Shown piece by piece: positions 12,947 to 26,900 of a stretch of 64,000 bases of DNA (its first letter is position 1; each line of letters starts with the position of its first letter). This DNA is from Azolla caroliniana (taxonomy: Eukaryota; Plantae; Polypodiophyta), in assembly GCA_043228905.1 (NCBI GenBank), contig JBHGNT010000004.1, forward strand, positions 6,758,001-6,822,000, read 5' to 3'. The position numbers were made by a program, and so were the translations under genes. The notes beneath the pieces were generated by a model. That model was not told the DNA's origin. It saw only the letters and a program-made list of their open reading frames with translations, and ran no database searches.

Positions 12947-14895
12947 AATGTTACTATAGTGTCCACTATAATAAACATGGATGTTGGAGTTAGCATCATT
13001 AATTATGATTGTTGACAGAAGTGGGCGAGCCCTAAAATACTCTGAAAATTGAATTGTGGATGGTAGATGGTTGCATCCAAAGGCAAGAGGTAATGGTACT
13101 AGAGAACCACAAATTCCTAGTTTTGACCCAATAATTCTACCTTACCTTCATTGTCACAAGGTCGACAAACCAAGTGGCATATGATTGTTTGTTAGGACGA
13201 TCCTTCCTTTGAGTTATTTGGTTCGTTATAGTCTTCAAAAACGATACCTCACTCATACAAGATGCCCAACTTTCCCCCCTCAACTATTACCTTATGTTAT
13301 ACCTTAGATGTTGAGATAATCCGAAAAAATATGACATTTTATATCATCAATTGAGTCTTGATGGTATCTCAATAAGTTGTAACAAAGGGGGTAGTTAGTT
13401 TTCCCCTTTATATAGGTATCCTAACTCCTTATGCTCTAAAACCACCATATGTTGTAGGCCCTAATATGTTTTGTCCAAAGGCTTAGGAATCAAGGACAAA
13501 ATTGGATTCAAGGTGGCAGCTTTCCCAAAATTTGGATTGACATGGGGAAGAGAATCACAAGGGTGTGTAAGAAGTACGATGACAACAGGCAACGTGGTCA
13601 TCGATCATAGACTCTATATGCAACTCAAGGATTGTTTCGACACAATGTCTACTGGATTTTCATCTTCTTTATTTCATACTCCCTATGTAATAGGGTTGAT
13701 CATTGTAAAAGTGAGTGCTAATGTGAGTTGAGTGCAAACAAATTTGATTTGATGTATTAGAGAATTTACTTTGTTTTGGTTGAATAATGCAATTTGTAGA
13801 TTATAGATTGTTTCAAAATTTGCATTTACTCTAAGATCACCAAGAAAATTTAAGTTCAAAATTCTGATTTCTGAGCGAAAATCTATTTGAAGATTTTTTT
13901 TTTGTAAGAGGTGAAATTTCAGCCCAAATAATCTGATGGGTACATCATCATCACCAAAAACATTGTGAGACGGTTTGAAACAAAAAAATTGGTTTGAATT
14001 TTCGAGCTTTCGACAATAAATGAGAGCCCAATCAAGGCATCCGTGCCCTTTCAAAAGCACGAGAACACCACTTCAATTTAGAGTCGGCACCCAAATCCAT
14101 GAAACATCATATATACATAACGACCTATTTACAAACACATTTCAACTTTCACCTACACCTGACCATATACATACTCCCACACAAACACATTTATTCATCC
14201 TACACATTAACATATACAAAGACATTTATATGTGTACTTAATACTAGGCAATTTCATAAGTATTCTCATATGCTTAGACATAATAAAATCCGCACACATA
14301 TACAAGTACTTGCACCCTTTCACTTACACAAATTAATCATGCCCACTCCAAACATCAACTCAATTGTCAAACCCATCTTCCTTGGTTTAGGTTCTCGATG
14401 GTCTTGCTCACGTCTCAAGTTTCATTTGATGGGCAAAATACATACATAGATGCATACTTGCAAGGTTTGATATGTCCACATAAGAAATGTACATGCTAAT
14501 AACAATAATTGATACTATTAGTGTCACAATACCATATGTTTTTTGAAGTTAGTTTGCGGATATAGAAAAAGATTATCTTTTCGTTTTAGAAGTTTAAAAA
14601 ACATATAACAAACTTTTGAAATTTCAAGTTTGATGATTCATAGGTCTTTTACATGTTTTTGATAGTTGGGTCCACAGAAAATGGAAATTCAATTCGCAAT
14701 CCTTATACCTAGACCAACTGTATGGTCATAATTACATTTGAAGCCAAATTTCTTCCACTTGGATCAACATTTTCCGAAGTTTTAAAGCTTGTGTGTCCAC
14801 TTGCTTGTAAAAATTTGTCTCACTGTCTATTTTTCCTAATATGGCCAACTTTTTCATGGGAATCCACGACATTTATTTACAAAATTTCAAGAATT

Positions 14896-17424
14896 CTATG
14901 AAGATGATGTGAGGTCATCATTGTAATAGATATGTATGAGAGGTAGATGGTAATCGGGGGTCAATCCAAGTGATACAAAGGTGTCTGATTCATCTGGGAT
15001 TCCGTTATCTTCTAAGGTCTTGTCCATATTCAAGTTAGTGAAAACCTTTTCATGAGTGACAACAATTCCTTTCCAAGTATAACTTTTTGCATGAGAATTT
15101 CGGTTTAAATAACGCTCAAGTATTTCTCGAATAGTTTCCTCACTCGGCACCTATATGTTTCATGTATGAATCAATGTTAGCTTGTTGCCATATGTAGGAA
15201 CTATACATCCAACAAGAAAACGAGATTTGTTTAAAAGGACCAGTGGTAATCTTTTATGTAAAGAGAACTTATGTTGATGTGAGCCATTAATGGGTCTTCT
15301 GAATATGAGCAATGCACATCTAAGAATGATGCTCAAGGAAATGTAGTTTACCTCAAGAGGAGCTTCCAAGCCCGTCAACACATTCTTTATTCGTACAAAC
15401 CGTGTCTTTCTACTAAGCTTTCCAATACAATATTTATTGTCCTTCCACCATGGAACTTCATAACTACAATCCCAATCTGTACGTGGAGTTCTTGGTGGTG
15501 GTATGTGTATGAACCTACCCTAACCACAAAAGAAATCATAAATTTATGTAAGAATCAATACATTGCGATACATGCTTTGAATGCTTGAGATGGTCTTGAG
15601 TGTTTCCAAGTGTTGTATGCGTAGTGGGGCATTCTTATTAATTCATAGAATCATCTAGCTTTGGTCTCGACTCACAATAAAGAAATATATCAGCACATGT
15701 TTTTCCTCAGCAATCCAGTTAACTTAAGACTTACATTGTTAAGGGTGCCATATGTTTTTTTAAACTCCTATGAATGCACACCTGAGGAGTATCATATGTG
15801 GGAAGTTTGGTTACAGGATCGATGGAAGATTTAACATCTTGGGTCGTCGCATCGAACCAATGACTGATATTTCCACCGGCTTCTACGAGAAGTGGCTATG
15901 AACATAAAAGAAGTAAATATTATAGATCTTCGGGTACACCCATCATCAAAATCATGGGTTCCTAAAATGCCATCAACAAAATCATGGGTTCCTAAAATGC
16001 CATCATCAAAATCATGGGTTCCTAAAATGCCATCATCAAAATCATGGGTTCCTACAATGCCATCCTCAAAATCATGGGTTCCTAAAATGCTAATAACAAA
16101 ATCATGGGGTTCCTATAATGCCATCATCAAAATCATGGGTTCCTAAAATGCCATCATCAAAATCATGGGTTCCTAAAATGGCACCATCAAAATCATGTTG
16201 TCCCTAAAATGCCATCATCAAAATCATGGGTTCCTAAAATGCCATCATCAAAATCACGGGTCCCTAAAATACCTTAATCAAAATCGTGGGTTCCTATAAT
16301 GCCATCATCAATCAAAATCATGGGTTCCTATAATGCCATCATCAAAATCATGTTGTCTCTAAAATGCCATCATCAAAATCATGGGTTCCTAAAATGCCTC
16401 ATCAAAATCATGTTTTCCCTAAAATACCATCATCAATCAATCAAAATCATGGGTTCTTAAATGCCATCATCAAAATCATGTTTTCCCTAAAATACCATCA
16501 TCAATCAAAATAATGGATTCCCAGAATGCCAACATCAAAATCATGGGTCCCTAAAATGGCACCATCAAAATCATGTTGTCCTTAAAATGCCATCATCAAA
16601 ATCATGGGTTCCTAAAATGCCATCATCAAAATCACGGGTCCCTAAAATGCCTTAATCAAAATCGTGGGTTCCAATAATGCCATCATCAATCAAAATCATG
16701 GGTTCCAATAATGCCATCATCAATCAAAATCATGGGTTCCAATAATGCCATCATCAATCAAAATCATGGGTTCCAATAATGCCATCATCAAAATCATGGG
16801 TTCCTAAAATGCCTAATCAAAATCATGTTTTCCCTAAAATACCATCATCAATCAAAATCATGGGTTCTTAAAATGCCATGATCAAAATCATGTTTTCCCT
16901 AAAATACCATCATCAATCAAAATAATGGATTCCCAGAATGCCAACATCAAAATAATGGGTCCCTAAAATGCCATCATCAAAATCATGTTGTCCCTAAAAT
17001 GCCATCATCAAAATCATGGGTCCCTAAAATGCCAACATCAAAATCATGGGTTCCTATAATGCCATCATGAATCAAAATCATGTTGTCCCTAAAATGCCAT
17101 CGTCAAATTCATGGGTCTCTAAAATGCCATCATCAAAATCATGGATTCCTATAATGCCATCATCAAAATCATAGGTTCCTAAAATGCCACCATCAAAATC
17201 AAAATCAAAATCAAGAGAAAGAGAAAGAGAAGATGTGTGGTGTAAAGGATCTGAATGAATTTGTAAACCTGGGCTAGATGGGGCGGGTAATTGGCGGTGG
17301 TGAGGAGTTGAGAGATGTCGAGGACATTGGCCAACACAATGAGCCAACAATCGGAGTGCGAGCAATGCTCCGCCACTTCTGCTTCTGTGTACCAACCACT
17401 GCTATTCCTCCTCTCACTCCCCAT
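14896..17424 (-). CDS. CYB5D1: Cytochrome b5 domain-containing protein 1 (axonemal radial-spoke heme protein); 4 exons, 230 aa
   Basis: Exons 17424-17269, 15895-15782, 15519-15352, 15150-14896; GT-AG; 693 nt in frame. Motifs YTEAEVAEH...[77 protein letters not shown]. Confidence 0.92.
15938..17212. repeat. ~30-bp minisatellite (consensus AAAATGCCATCATCAAAATCATGGGTTCCT), roughly 40 copies, filling CYB5D1 intron 1
   Basis: Head-to-tail array with variant units (CATGTTGTCCCT, extra ATCA) and no unique spacers. Confidence 0.97.
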
Positions 17425-17868
17425 TCCAATTCCAATTCCAATTCCAATTCCGTCTTCTTCCTCTCTGTCTTATCTTTCTTCTTCTTGTTCCTTTGTCATT
17501 TGGCCCCAATATGACGTTTCCCTACCTCTACCTTGTATGTGTTTTCTCATAAAACGACACCCTTCCTTCTACACCATATTTATTTTACCCATTCCATTAC
17601 ATAATACTAATAATATGCTTCTTTCAAATGACATGCTTTAAAGAACTCCTCCCTCTTCTATTCTTCCACTTCCTTTTCCCTGACTGTTTACCCGAAATAT
17701 CCCCACTACTATGTATACCACACTCGCACATACCCTAAGTGAAATGAAAACATATGCGCCCACGTAGAAGAGTTGTTCGTGATCGGTTCGAGATCTTCGG
17801 TTTGTTTTTTTAGAGATCCAAGGACATCAATTAGAACAAATTTCACTAGTCAATATACAACATATATT

Positions 17869-17944
17869 TGGTGTGGTTGCTGGGATTCGAGCCCACGTCT
17901 CCATGGCCACAACATGGAATTCTAACCACTAAACTACAACCACC
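17869..17944 (-). tRNA. tRNA-His(GTG) gene or processed pseudogene, with G at -1 and 3' CCA in the DNA
   Basis: Minus strand G-GTGGTTGTAGTTTAGTGGTTAGAATTCCATGTTGTGGCCATGGAGACGTGGGCTCGAATCCCAGCAACCACA-CCA. Acceptor GTGGTTG/CAACCAC and anticodon stem CCATG/CATGG pair; anticodon GTG; one T-stem mismatch. Closely resembles plant cytosolic tRNA-His as recalled. Confidence 0.85.
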
Positions 17945-18265
17945 AGGGGTCAAATTTCTATCAGTATACTAGAACCACTAAATATAAACTTTCTACCATG
18001 CATTCATTTGACAAGAGAAATGTGTCACTTATATATAAGTTTCGTGGTTCCTTTTTGGTTGGGGGAGGAGAGGGGGATGTTTCCAAATGCCTACATTACT
18101 TGAATGCTGAAGATATAAAATATTTCACCCAATTCTACAATATACACAATACCCCCTAACACCACCCATGTCTCCCTCAGATATATGACACATGCATAAT
18201 AGGTAAATGAGTAAGTGATAGATGAATGGGTTTTGCAATTGTCCCTAGAGGTTAAATATGACCCA

Positions 18266-21200
18266 GAAGACCTCACTAAGATGCAAATTGAACATCGCAA
18301 GAGTTGTATGCCACGAGTTATGCGCTTGATGAAGACCTCACTAAGATGCAAATTGAGCATCGCAAGAGTTGTATGCCACGAGTTATGCAACCTCGTAAAG
18401 AAGGGCATCGCGCCTTTTATCGAGACGGGCGAGTGATCATAAATGATCGCACTACTAATTGACGACGTGTGGCCCATGTGACAAAAAATGCACTTAGGAT
18501 GATCTTATGGAATTGTAACGATGCACTCTGGACACACCCTGACCGCCTAGAGGAGATATTAAAGGTATAAGATATACTTTTCTTGGTAGAAACACACCAA
18601 AGCCCAAATAGAGGACTCCCACGGGTCGAATGATTCTGTTGGGAGTTCGCTTTTAGACAAACCTCACGTCGACACACTACTAGGGGATTTGGAGGTGTCG
18701 CGATATTGTTTCGTAGAGAGCTACATAATAGGATAGAAATACTGAGGACAAACCCAAAAGCTCATTTTACGTGGGTGAAAGTCTCCACAAGCAAGGACCA
18801 GGTAGTATTTTTCGCCATTTGTTACTTTCCCCCAAAAGGATCCCGTTATTATATTGCTGGCTTGGCGAGATTAGTCGATGAAGGAATGCCACATGGGCCT
18901 TCCCCATACAAATCTCTATCGGATGACATAATCCAATATTCTTCCCAAGGAGAAGTATTCCTTGTAGGAGACTTCAATGTGAGAACCCAATCCCGACAAT
19001 GCACAATATTTCATATGAATAGAAAAGACATACTAGGCACCACACGTAGATCAAAGGATCAAGGTGCGGATGCCACGAGCTTTGGCCATCATCTACTCGA
19101 ACTTGGCAATCGGCACCGGATGGTCATATATAATGGTTTAGCCAAGTGGCCGGGCTCGGAAGAGCTCACATGTTTCCCACATGGAGGAGGGGAAAGCACA
19201 GTTGATTATCTAATAGGACGCCCTGAAGTTACCCGCATGATTAACTCCTTTCGGGTGGCCCCATGCCCTATTGGCGTAGACCATAGTTTCTTATACTTCG
19301 AGCTAAAATGTGATATCTCTATGGTCACCAACTCTAGTCAACCACGTCATCACACCACAATACATTTCACACATGAGCTCTCTGACATATACTCTCAATA
19401 TGTTCAGACCCATCTCTCCTCCCTTGATCCCTCCCTACCTTTAGAAAGCCTTAGTACGAAACTCACACACATCCTTCACTCCACAACAGCTAGCAGTTTC
19501 CCATATACAAAACACTCAAATCAAGGTAGATCTGGATCTATGCCACAAAATAAATGGTATGATGAGGATTGTAGGGACTTACATAGACAACTTACAGTAT
19601 CACAACTCAATGGTAGTATTACCTCAATACAAGCTCGCAAAGAAATGCGCAAGATGACACGTCGTAAGAGACGAGCGTGGTAGGCATCCCAATATTGGGA
19701 ACTCTACCATATGCTCATGAGTATCGATTGCGCCACGGCATGGAAGAGACTACGAGAGCCAAGACCACAAACACCCATCGAAGATCCCGAAACCTGGCAC
19801 ACATATACAGAGAGACTTTACCAAATCCCAAACCAGCCACCCATTCCAATGCCTTCCACACCCCAACCTACCACGAGGACACTTTTCACGACCTCTAGGG
19901 TCGCGAAGGTCATAAAGAAATTACAACATAGGAAGTCCATGGACCACACAAGATTGCAAGTAGAACACATTATATATGCGAGAGAGTGCCTAGCTCCCTT
20001 GCTAACTCTAATCTTCAATCGTGCCCTTGCAGAGGGTTTTCCACCACAGTGGACTATGAACACAGTGGCCCCCATACATAAAGGGGGGGACCCCATGAAC
20101 CCAAATACATATAGGACCATTATGATAGGTCATACCCTTGCTAAATTATATGGTGCAGTAATGGAAGCAAAACTTAGTGATTATATGGAGACCCTAAATT
20201 TTCGTGCACCTGAACAAGTTGGCTTTAGACGAGCCTTCTCCACCATTGATCATATATTCACACTTAGATGCTTACTTGACCAAACTAAGGCTCGCAAGAA
20301 GAAATTATATTGTTGTTTTGTGGACTTCCGCAAGGCCTTTGACACAGTCCCTAGAGAGCCGTTGTTTGATAGGCTTAAAAGCTTGAGGATACCAGATGAC
20401 ATGGTCTGGGCCATCTACGCACTATATGAACAAGTGTCTGAGTGTGTCCGATGCCCAGGTGGCCAATCCAATTGTTTCACTAGTACTATTGGTGTAAAAC
20501 AAGGTTGCTCCCTATCACCGACACTTTTTGGGATCTACATTGATGAGATCACAGATTTTATTGCTCGTAAGGGAGGCAACGGAGTAGTCCTTGGGGATAC
20601 GCAGGTTCGTATCTTGCTCTATGCGGATGACATAGTTTTGCTCTCTAAATCCGAACACGACCTACAAAGGCACCTTAATGCCTTAGAGGACTTTTGTGCA
20701 CAACAAGGATTGGTAGTGAATCTAGGGAAAACTAAAGTCCTTATCTTCCACACATTGGCCCAAGTTAGAGCTAAGTGTCACCTAACTATCTCCCATAGCC
20801 CAGTTGAGGTGATTGGATCATACATCTATCTCAGATTCACTTTCAGTGCTCGCTCAGGTAAATTTTCGATGACACATGTAGTGAATGATAGACTTACAAG
20901 AGGACATGCATCCCCTCTCACTCCTAGAGAGACAATGCCACCAAGCATACTTTCAAGAGCCATGGACTAAAGGGTGGCTCTTTGACTCATTAGTGACCCC
21001 CTCCCTCATGTATGCATCAACGGTTTGGGCTCCAAGATTACCATCTTTTATGTGGACGCAATTAGAGAGACCATTGGTGATGATGTTATCACGCCAACTC
21101 CGAAGCAAATCGACAGTACCACATGACATTATTAGGGTTGAGTTCATGTTACCCCCAATGTTAGTAGAGACACTTTTCCAACTTGTAGTCTTTATTCATA

Positions 21201-22378
21201 GGATACATAGCCAACCACATGATAGAATATCTCATCAAGCCTTTAAGGCCTCTCGATCATAGTATGAGTTTGGCTATACTAGCTCATGGTATGGCATGAT
21301 GGTGAGTTGGCTTCTTGCGAATGGTCTAGACATTAATAACCTACCTCCCCTTAGGTACAACCACACGATTGATAACAATTTAATCTCTCATGAGGACCGC
21401 AATAAAGTAATACGCCAAGAAATATGGCAAATTTACACTCGGTATAAATGGATCACCCCATGAGAGCCACTCCCATCTAAAATGTTGTACTATAACGAAC
21501 ACTTCATGCACTTCTCTGAGTTAGGTTTTATCACGCAGTCAAAATATCTAGATGTATTCTTACCACATGCACTAAGGGTTGCCATTGGACAACTTAGAAT
21601 ATTATCTCACCAACTTGAGATTGAGAATGGTCGTACTAATGGAGTCCCTAGGGAGGAAAGGATATGTAGGTTATGTCACATAGAGATAGAGGATGAGTAT
21701 CACTTTACATGCAAGTGCCCAACCTACGCCGAGATAAGGACAAAATACCAAGACATACTTGGTTCCTCTCCCACCCTCCCCAAACTATTAGATACTCAAA
21801 ATATAAAGAAATTAGGCAAATACATTCTAGAACTAAAACAACATAGAGAGAATAAGTTACAAAATGTTGCTAATGTTCACCAACATGTAACAAATGAAGT
21901 TTTTCAGGAACAGGGGGAGACAACGAATGTCGACACACCTGCACCACTCAGCCTTTCCCTCGATGAGGCAGAAAACGAAAGAAGAACCAGATGTCCTCGG
22001 GTGCCGAGTTTTGAAGCAACTCGACGTGGTGTGGAAACAATAATGAAAATAAGGGAACGTGAGCTACACCGCCTAGAAGCCATGGCTAGGGCACTCTCTA
22101 CATTGAAACCACGGGTCACACCCACATCAAAACCCTTTGACCCCCCACTTCTTTTCGAGAGGCTTGGGTGGAAATAAAATTAGGCTTAGTGTAAAGTCAC
22201 TTCCTTTATCGAGTATACCACGTATTGTACACTACTAGAACTCTTTTAGCTTAAGTTCTATGTTTACTTCATTTTATTTTAGTTATGTTGACTGGATAAA
22301 TACTCATTTTGTTGTAAACCAATTGTCTCATGGGCCAATTTTGGCCTTAGAAGACGTTAATATTTCTTTCTTTCTTTC
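18266..22378 (+). mobile_element. 5'-truncated non-LTR retrotransposon (LINE): ORF1 C-terminal remnant plus degenerate ORF2 (APE endonuclease, RT, CCHC)
   Basis: ORF1 end EDLTKMQIEHRKSCMPRVMQPRKEGHRAFYRDGRVIIND* (18331-18462). ORF2 from ~18499: ILWNCN, FLVETH, GDFNVR, STVDYL, DHS; RT FVDFRKAFDTV, GVKQGCSLSPTLF, YADD; C-terminal CRLC..EIEDEYHFTCKC. Several stops and a frameshift. Candidate 3' (TTTC)4 tail at 22363-22378. Confidence 0.92.
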
Positions 22379-23594
22379 CAATGCAACTAAAAACATGACT
22401 AGAAGAACCAAATAAAAATGTACAAAGCATTGTCCTACTATCTTAACATGAATGTAGGCACAAAAACCACAAGTAGATCCTACTAGCTTGTTGACGTTCT
22501 GGACTATCAAAAGTCTTCAATGATTGGTTGGGCCACGTAGATGTAAGCGAAATTATTGATGTGACAAATCAAAACCATTGAGCAATGGGGAGTCAACTTC
22601 ACAGAAGAGTTGAATATTTTTCTCATCCTTAACTAATCATAAGTCTTCCATAAAGTTGTTTGAAACATGATTCTATACATGCATTCTTGGTAGGAACAAC
22701 AACCATTAGAAATGTGAATAACAGTTATGTGTATGTAGATTCCCTTCTCCCTTGTTCTAGAAGCTCTTCTGATTGTTTGGCTTTTTACCAAAGACCTTGA
22801 GCCCTTTTTAACATCAACTTGATATTAAGATCAATAGCAAATTCACAACCGGGGGGGGGGGGGGGGGGGACAGATCCATATGGGTTATTTCATGGTTAGC
22901 CTTTAACCATTCCTTTCTCATGCCCTCAAGCAAAGTATTTATGTCCTATTTACCCTTTTAACCATTTGTAATCCACAATGAGGTTCTTGTAGAGTAGCTC
23001 ATTTTCACAAGCACATCGTCCAATCAAAATTCAATATGCTAGCAAGGACAAATCGATAAGTCTTTGTACCAAGTCAAAAGATAATGCTTTTCTACATCTT
23101 CCATCTAATGAATGATAGGAAGTTGAAAGAGAGAATGCATGGATAATAGGTGTTTGGAATAAGCATTCATTACCTATATAGTTTTTGTCATTTGCCACAT
23201 GACTGTCTATAATAATCCTTACAGAAAATGGCAACATTAGATAAGTAAAGTTTGCTACTCTGACAATTATCATCATCCAACAATGGCAGGATTGAAATTC
23301 CTCTCACCACACATCATTATCATATGACTGCGAAACAAATATTTCCATTAGTAATTAATCACCAATCTCTACAAAGATTTGGGGGAACTGAGGAAGCAGG
23401 CTTATAAATCTTATTGTTCTCACAAAAAAATAATGAACCAACTCGGCTTACAGTTGTAATGAAAACAACTTACAGTAAAGAGGCTACCAAAACAAAATAA
23501 TGGATGCCAGCATCAGCAATCTCCATGATCCATACAGATATGGCACAAGGTACAAAGAGAGAATGACTTCTCATAACTCATAGATCCGATACAT

Positions 23595-23863
23595 CTATGT
23601 TGACCCTATAGCTTCACCTTGGGGAAGCATGGTTTGACGATCAGCATTAACCACTTTTTGGGCCTCCATTAGAAGAAGTTGCTTGAAAAACTCATACGAT
23701 GTAAAAAAAATTGCTCCTTGTGACATATATATTATCAGCCTAGGAATCAAGCCCCTGTGTGTGAAAACAAGAACTCTCTCTCTCTCTTCGTAATTAGCTT
23801 ACCCTAGTGTGAAGTCGTTTACACTACTAGCACTACATCTTGGGTTTGAAACCCAGATTTCTC

Positions 23864-23908
<45 letters not shown>

Positions 23909-26900
23909 ACACACACACACACACACAAGGCTATCTATACCCTAGTGGTAAACAAGGTTTTTAATTTAACCCATGCATCTGGGTTAAACATGACCTTGTG
24001 GTCTCTGCCCCACAACCTTCCCTTCCAACTGTGCTGAAACTATCTGGGAAAATTCTCACCAGATAAAATAGCCAAGCATGATGGACTACGATAAAACAAA
24101 GTGGAGGGTGTCGATGTACAAATTCATGAATGATTTTCTTTATAAATCCATCTATATAACAAATCTAAACTAGATTAAATCCAAGAAATTCAAAAATATA
24201 TTTGAATATTCTCCTTTACGTCAAATTCTCACCGATAAAGTCCACAAAGACCCTCGGTTGCAGCAATACATTGAAATGTACGTAGGACACCTCTTTGATG
24301 GAGGATTGAGCCTGCTACCTGCCAAGAGTATAGCAAATAAAGTTGTTTCAGGTCTACTATTTGTTTCCCTGTGAAATTAATAAACACCACTTACTTGTGT
24401 TTGTAGCCTAGTTTTAATCACATCAAATGGTGTTGTAAATAGTGCAGCAGTTGATCCAGCTATGCCACCAAATGCAAGCTGCGAACAAAAAAAGAAAACA
24501 TAATATAGGTTTTAGTCCAATATCAAATCAAACGTATTGTCTAGGGAAAGCTTAAGAACATTATCTACCATGAGAATTGCCATATCAACTAAAGTAAAAC
24601 AAAATTATCAACTGCCAACAGAAACTTGTCAACCAGACAGAAGAAATAAGACTGTCACAGTACCCAGACTACCCGAAATTTACTTTGTATGCACATATGT
24701 GAGATATACCACAAATTTGATCCTTTTTCTACGATACTCATTTGAAGTGAATATGATAAGGCTCACCATTTGCCATGTGCTAAGTGGTGTGCCAGCGACA
24801 GTTCCATCCAGAGCATAGTGTTTCAAGCCTTCATACGTATAGAACTGCATGCCAATGACACAAAAACAATTTTAGTTTAATATGAATACTTTAAAACCCA
24901 TAAATGTTTGTTACTTCCTTAAATGCCTCTGGTTAAACCAAGAGAGGGAGAAAAATGGATGAATTGACCCTATATTTTGTAAAATATCATATATAATTGC
25001 TTGAGGTTATCTTGGAAATGGCTGAAATCTCTGATATTTGGAGTTTCTCCAACAAAAACTACACGCATTTTAAGTCTAATTTTTGCGGCTCAACATATCC
25101 ATATCACCTTGATAATAGATTGAGGCACATTACGGCAAAGCACAGCCCGCCATCCAGAATACAAAACAGACAATCCTCCTGTTTTCAATATTCCTAGAAA
25201 AGCTTGCCTGAAACCTCATAATATAGCAATTAGTGAGAAGTACAAATTCAGAGGCTTCTTTCTGGTTTTTCAATCTTGTAATTGTAAATCAACAAACATC
25301 AGTATGTGAATTTGGTTGCTACTTACTACCAGCTATTACGATACAAGGCACCAATTTGCATCCTCTGCTTCACACATTCACTAGGAGTATAAACAATCGA
25401 TGTAGCTATACTTGCACAGCCACCAGCAGTACAGTGTGCTATAGCATGATACTCCTTTATAGACCGAAAACAAGAGAAATCTGAACATATCAATGGAGAA
25501 CGAAAAAAGTCGCACTCTAAAATTAAGCAAAGAAAATTTTGAGTATAGAGCTCCCTTAACAATAGACCAATTCTTCATTCCATACAGCGAACATCTAAAA
25601 ATAGATGTGATTGTACACTTAATAGACTTTTAAGTTGCGCACTCATTCGGAGATACAAAGTTCTTCATATCGATAACAATGATTGAAATCCAATGTAAAT
25701 TCTTTACTTTGTGAAAATGAGGACTTAAAAGGGCTTTTAAGTTCCACCTTGGCAACACCAAGATTTTCAAGGAAAGTTAATGATTCCTAAAACTAAAATG
25801 CAAATAGCTCTATGTAGGGAAAGGCAATTATTGAGCATCCTTCACAATAAATCAATTCTTGGTCCCACACATCAGGCATATAAAACTGGATCTAGTTGTA
25901 AGATGCTTAATGTACTTCTAATTCAAGCAACTAATTCAGGAAAAAAATGCTCTGCAAAGGATAATGACTACCAAAATGTAAAAATAAATTCCATACTTTG
26001 GGTAAATGAGGAAGCAATGCTGCTTTCACCGTTTCATACGTGAAGGTATATATTGCTGAGATTGGTGCCGAAGAAGCAAGATTGCTTGCAAATCCTCTAT
26101 ATAGGCCAAAAAAACCTGATGCAAAATATACTTCGGTTAACATTGCAAGCCAATATTACATATCAAAGTTCAGGGTAGAAACAACTCTCTAAACGAACTT
26201 CCAAGATGTCAGGAATCTTGCAAGCAATGAAGTATGTTAAAGTACATATTAGTATCAACAGTCACATCCTCCGTACCTCTGTTCGAGGTTATATTAAAAA
26301 CTGTGTGAAGAAGAGATCTTTGTCCAAAAGTTTGAGCTTGAATCACAGTCTTAACAGTATCGATTGGATGCAGACAAATGCTGACACAAGTTCCTGCCAT
26401 GGCCCCAGCAACTGCGTTGTGTTGAGACAAGGATGGCTTCATATATCCTTTCTGTTTCTCTGGTTTGGCAGGAATATCTGAAGTCTTGTTTTCATTGTTA
26501 GAATCGACTACATTTTGATGAATTATGGTAGGTAAGAGAGTATTTCTTCTGTCAGGACCATCTCTACTTCGCAATTTGTTCTTCGATTGACCAAACGTGG
26601 CTGCTAAACATTTATGATTTGTTTTAGGAACTATAGAACGACCAAAAACGTGATCCATTCCTGCCTTGACTATCTCCCATCCTTTCATGTTTGTCCGTAT
26701 GGCAGAACCTTCTAAGAAAACCATATCCGTCTGTGGTTTCAAGCTTTCTTCTGCCAGAAAGTAAGAAGGCCTGGGAACACTAATTTCTGGAGCTAAACCT
26801 TCAGCGAAAGGACCTGATTTGAGCCAGCGAAATGTAGCAAAATTCTCCGGCCGAACTGTAGAGGACAATGATGATAGATCATCGATGAATTTTGAAGAGC

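Noticed and set aside
15938-17212. 30-bp repeat array as a CRISPR-like locus or a repeat protein (ORF 15892..16146)
   Set aside because: Units are head-to-tail with no unique spacers and there are no cas genes. The array lies inside a GT-AG intron.
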